Below the pieces are notes generated by a model. It made no database searches. It had not been told where the DNA came from and worked only from the letters and a program-made list of their open reading frames with translations. A stretch of 10,218 nucleotides of DNA from an uncultured bacterium (GTDB taxonomy: Bacteria; Hydrogenedentota; Hydrogenedentia; Hydrogenedentales; JAEUWI01): the NCBI GenBank assembly GCA_963977445.1, contig CAXBPH010000253.1:1-10218 (forward strand), given 5' to 3'. Shown piece by piece: positions 6,840-10,218 of the stretch (the stretch's first letter is position 1; every line of letters starts with the position of its first letter). Position numbers and translations under genes: made by a program.

Positions 6840-8528
6840 ATGGAAAGGGCTCGATTGTACTATTCGCGACTTGGAAAGCAGACAGTAAACGCCGTTCGCC
6901 TGGCCGAAGTGCTTCAGGTGTTTGTGAAGCATGGCTTTGCCGACTTGCTGCAACGTGCCGGATTTCACCGAAGCCTTCCCGCCAAGCTCTTGCGCAGCCT
7001 GAACTTGCTGGAGGCCTCCGTGGGGCCCCCCCATACCTTCGGTCAGCGCATGCGTTCGGCCCTGGTTGAGCTGGGGCCCACGTTTGTAAAACTGGGTCAG
7101 ATTCTCAGTACGCGCCCCGATCTCATTCGCATAGAAACGGCGCGGGAATTGAGTAACCTGCAAGACCGGGTCGATGCGATTCCCTTTGAGACAATGGAGG
7201 GGGTTTTGCAAAAGGCCTTGGGCGCTCCCCATGAGGAACTCTTTGCAACCTTTGACACGACGCCCATCGCTTCCGCTTCGTTGAGCCAGGTCTATCGCGC
7301 CTCGTTGCACAGCGGCCAGGAAGTGGTGGTAAAAATTCAGCGGCCCGGGGTGGAAAAAGTCATCGAATCCGATCTGAGCCTCATGCGTCAGGTCGCCGGG
7401 TGGATCGTTGAACATCTGGATGATGCCAAATGGCTCGATCCGCCGGGGATTGTCGCGGAGTTCGCCCGTTCGATTCGTCGTGAACTGGATCTCACCATTG
7501 AAGCCCGGGTCATTGAGCAGTTCCGGAAAAACTTTGACGAAGACCCCACCGTCGATATGCCCAAGGCCTATACGGAACTTTCGGCACGGACCGTTCTCAC
7601 CATGGATTGGATCGACGGGGTCCGCGTGGACCGGGTCGACGCCTATCCCGCGCGAAATTGTGAGCCTGCCCGGGTGGCCATCAACGGCTGCGACGCCTTG
7701 TGTCGCATGGTCTTTGAACACCAGCTGTTTCACGCCGACCCTCACCCTGGAAATATTTTTGTAACCCGGGACAATCGATTGGCCTTCATCGATCTGGGTA
7801 TGGTGGGTCACCTGGAGCAGAGCGATGTTGTCGCTATTGGCGATTTGTTTCTGGCCCTCTTCGAGCGGGACAGCCGGGCCTGTGTAGACGCGATCCTCCT
7901 GTTGACGAAGGGGGGCGAGCCTGTCGACCATGATGTCCTGGAGCGGGAACTGACCGAGTTCATTGCCTTCGAAGCGCGGGCGATTCTGGGTGGGGGGCAG
8001 GTGGCCCGTGGCCTCGAGCGGACGACGCAAATTCTCCAGCGGGCCAATATGGAATTGGCCCCCCGATTTTCCCTGCTCATCAAGGCGCTGGCGACTATCG
8101 AAATGGTGGGTCGCAACCTTGACCCCCAGCTCGACATGGTGCCCATTGTTCAGCCCTATGTGGAGAAATTAATCAAGCGTCGTTATGCGCCTGGACAGCT
8201 CTACAGTGATTTTAAGCACAATGCGCGGGTCATATTACGACTGGGTCACCAGATGCCCCGGGATTTCGCGTACCTCATGCAGCAACTGCGCCAGGGTAAG
8301 CTCAAGTTCTCCATCCACCATGAGCATCTTGATGATCTGGCGGCAACTATCGATCGTGCCAGCAGCCGAAATACGGTAGGCATGATTGTCGCCGCCCTGA
8401 TCGTGGGTTCCAGTTTGTTGATTACCACGGAATCCTCCATTAGTCGTCTGGGAGTCGCTGGCTACGTTTTTGCCGGACTGCTCGGCTGTATCCTCGTGAT
8501 TTCGATCTTGTGGACGCGAAAATTTTAG
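6840..8528 (+). CDS. UbiB/AarF/ABC1 family atypical kinase with two C-terminal TM helices, 562 aa
   Basis: KxGQ motif LGPTFVKLGQILSTRPD, LQD, Ala-rich loop IASASLSQVY, VVKIQRP, ELDLTIEA, catalytic FHADPHPGNI, IDLGMVG; hydrophobic C-terminal helices. Orthology to true ubiB is not established. Confidence 0.95.
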   Translation: MERARLYYSRLGKQTVNAVRLAEVLQVFVKHGFADLLQRAGFHRSLPAKLLRSLNLLEASVGPPHTFGQRMRSALVELGPTFVKLGQILSTRPDLIRIETARELSNLQDRVDAIPFETMEGVLQKALGAPHEELFATFDTTPIASASLSQVYRASLHSGQEVVVKIQRPGVEKVIESDLSLMRQVAGWIVEHLDDAKWLDPPGIVAEFARSIRRELDLTIEARVIEQFRKNFDEDPTVDMPKAYTELSARTVLTMDWIDGVRVDRVDAYPARNCEPARVAINGCDALCRMVFEHQLFHADPHPGNIFVTRDNRLAFIDLGMVGHLEQSDVVAIGDLFLALFERDSRACVDAILLLTKGGEPVDHDVLERELTEFIAFEARAILGGGQVARGLERTTQILQRANMELAPRFSLLIKALATIEMVGRNLDPQLDMVPIVQPYVEKLIKRRYAPGQLYSDFKHNARVILRLGHQMPRDFAYLMQQLRQGKLKFSIHHEHLDDLAATIDRASSRNTVGMIVAALIVGSSLLITTESSISRLGVAGYVFAGLLGCILVISILWTRKF

Positions 8529-8618
8529 CCTCCCGGGTTGGCCGTGGTTTTGCAGGTGCGCCGTCGTGTTGTCCGGGTCATCGTGCGCCCGAATAGCTAT
8601 TGATCAGGAGAAACCGAT

Positions 8619-9494
8619 TTGTCTGAATGTTCTTTCCGCTCCTATGGGAAAGTGAATCTTTATCTCGACGTACTTGAACGGCGTCCCGATGGTTTTACGA
8701 ATATAGAGACGGTCCTGCAGTCCATCGATTTGTGGGATGGTCTATGCGTTTGGGACGGCGCGGAGGGGATTCACCTCACATGCAGCGAGCCCTCACTCGG
8801 CTGCGGCCCGGAAAACCTGGTCTATCGCGCCGCCGCGTTGTTAAAAGCGTCGGCGGGGGTTCAGCAGGGCGTCTCTATTCACCTGGAAAAGAATTTGCCC
8901 ATCGCGGCAGGTCTGGCCGGTGGTTCGAGCAATGCAGCGGCCACCCTGATTGCCTTAAGCGCGCTTTGGGACCTTGGCTTGGCCACCGAGCAGCTCTGCG
9001 AACTCGGCGCGCAGTTGGGGTCAGATGTGCCCTTTTGCGTGATGGGCGGTACCGTGGCTGCCACGGGGCGGGGCGAAATCCTTGAATCCTTGCCGCCCTT
9101 GGCTCCCCGGTGGCTGGTGTTGGCCCATCCGCCCCTGGCGGTGACCGCCGGCCACGCCTATGGCCACCCCGGGCTAACCCGAAACCTGGAGGCGTTGGTA
9201 GGCGGCAAAACCCCTTCATTTCGGGCGGCCCTGAAGAATCTGGAACGGGGTGCCCCGGAACAGGTGATTTTTAACCGTATGGAGTCGGGTATTTTCCTCG
9301 ACCACCCGGAGTTGGCCGCGCTGAAGGAAGAACTCATCGCCTTGGGGTGTACCGCCAGCGCCATGAGCGGCAGCGGGCCCACGGTATTTGGCCTTTGCGA
9401 AGACGAAGCTTCGGCCCGGCGCGTGGCCGAAAGCGTCACCGCCGTTCCCACCACGGTGGTCCGTACCATCAATTGCGGGGTCGCCCGGACCTGA
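8619..9494 (+). CDS. ispE: 4-diphosphocytidyl-2-C-methyl-D-erythritol kinase (MEP pathway)
   Basis: GKVNLYLDV...RRPDGF, GHMP ATP loop KNLPIAAGLAGGSSNAAA, LGSDVPF, GRGE, MSGSGPTVF. TTG start with AGGAG RBS at 8606-8610. Confidence 0.96.
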   Translation: MSECSFRSYGKVNLYLDVLERRPDGFTNIETVLQSIDLWDGLCVWDGAEGIHLTCSEPSLGCGPENLVYRAAALLKASAGVQQGVSIHLEKNLPIAAGLAGGSSNAAATLIALSALWDLGLATEQLCELGAQLGSDVPFCVMGGTVAATGRGEILESLPPLAPRWLVLAHPPLAVTAGHAYGHPGLTRNLEALVGGKTPSFRAALKNLERGAPEQVIFNRMESGIFLDHPELAALKEELIALGCTASAMSGSGPTVFGLCEDEASARRVAESVTAVPTTVVRTINCGVART

Positions 9495-9623
9495 GATGGG
9501 CCGGATAACCCACGTCCATTTTCCTGGGGCCTAACAAATCACGTATGATACGCCCCATATGTGGTTCCCGTCCGGTTGTGGTCCGTCTGGGAAGCACCCG
9601 TTACGAAGTACGAAAGGATTCCC

Positions 9624-9806
9624 ATGGCGTCACTCAATTGTCCCGGATGCGGGGAGCTATTGCCCAAGGACGGCGCACCGTGTTCTACCTGTGGATTTAA
9701 GAAAATTCCCGGATTCACCCGAAAACTGGTGACATTTGTGGCCATTTTCGTTGTCCTCGGCACCCTTTGGCTACTCTTTTTGACGAAGGGCGAGTGGGGC
9801 AGCTGA
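9624..9806 (+). CDS. Small zinc-ribbon membrane protein (60 aa)
   Basis: AAGGA RBS at 9614-9618 before ATG 9624. MASLNCPGCGELLPKDGAPCSTCGF has two CxxCG knuckles, followed by a basic patch (KK..RK) and one hydrophobic helix LVTFVAIFVVLGTLWLLFL. Confidence 0.8.
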   Translation: MASLNCPGCGELLPKDGAPCSTCGFKKIPGFTRKLVTFVAIFVVLGTLWLLFLTKGEWGS

Positions 9807-9845
9807 GGCACCGTCTCACCTGCCGGTAAACACGCGATAGCGCCC

Positions 9846-10183
9846 ATGGATGAAGCATTGAATCACGATCTCGAAGCCTTCGACGCGGCCCTGCGCGCTC
9901 TGGAAGATGGTTTGGACCAACTTCCGGCGTTGCAGGCGGCCTTGTTTGAAGACACGGGCGAATGGCGCAAATTACTCACCTTCAAATTGCTGCCTCAACT
10001 GGCGGGAAAAGATGTTTTGGTTGCGGCCGTTGCCGGCGGCACCAACACAGGCAAATCGACTATTTTCAATCTGCTTGCCGGTGCGGAGCTCAGCCCCGTC
10101 CGTGCGACAGCTGCCGCCACCTGCCGGCCCCTGTTGGTGGGCAATCAGCATCGATTTGATCAGGGGGTGGCGGGCAATCTCGT
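9846..10183 (+). CDS. P-loop GTPase, N-terminal fragment (dynamin-like/Era-like TRAFAC class), truncated at the adapter
   Basis: Hand translation from ATG 9846: MDEALNHDLEAFDAALRALEDGLDQLPALQAALFEDTGEWRKLLTFKLLPQLAGKDVLVAAVAGGTNTGKSTIFNLLAGAELSPVRATAAATCRPLLVGNQHRF... G1 motif GGTNTGKS at 10035..10058 followed by TIFNLLAG and a candidate G2 Thr. No stop codon before the end. Absent from the ORF track. Confidence 0.85.
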
Positions 10184-10218
10184 AGATCGGAAGAGCACAC
10201 GTCTGAACTCCAGTCACA
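10184..10218 (+). other. Illumina TruSeq-type adapter read-through (technical artefact)
   Basis: AGATCGGAAGAGCACACGTCTGAACTCCAGTCAC at 10184..10217 matches the standard TruSeq indexed adapter sequence; it is followed by one more base. Confidence 0.99.

Noticed and set aside
4940..8030. Long minus-strand ORFs 4940..5986 (348 aa) and 6837..8030 (397 aa)
   Set aside because: They lie codon-for-codon antisense to the GH36-like and UbiB-family genes and have no domain motifs.
9907..10217. ORFs 9907..10185 (+), 9962..10159 (+) and 9972..10217 (-)
   Set aside because: Alternative frames of the GTPase gene; the minus-strand ORF begins inside the adapter sequence.
1..10218. CRISPR array, tRNA, tandem repeats, IS or phage genes
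   Set aside because: No regularly spaced repeats, cloverleaf or mobile-element motifs were seen in any intergenic region by eye.

Overview
Bacterial, GC-rich chromosomal window with two divergent gene blocks. Minus strand, read right to left: a sensor-less REC-HisKA-HATPase kinase, a single-domain response regulator, a CheA with no cheW/MCP/cheR/cheB beside it, then a sigma70-type promoter, an SRP RNA (ffs) and the 5' part of dnaX. dnaX is missing from the ORF track because it runs off the left edge. Plus strand: a secreted GH36-like protein with apparently degenerate active-site motifs, a UbiB/ABC1 kinase, ispE, a 60-aa zinc-ribbon membrane protein and the N-terminus of a P-loop GTPase that is cut off by Illumina TruSeq adapter sequence at the right end. 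The most interesting observation is the SRP RNA. By hand folding it looks like a ~270-nt molecule (807..536) rather than a ~100-nt 4.5S RNA, with paired termini, an extra three-way-junction 5' domain where an Alu domain would sit, and a UGAC rather than GNRA helix-8 tetraloop. All family calls come from motif recognition by eye; no searches or folding programs were run.
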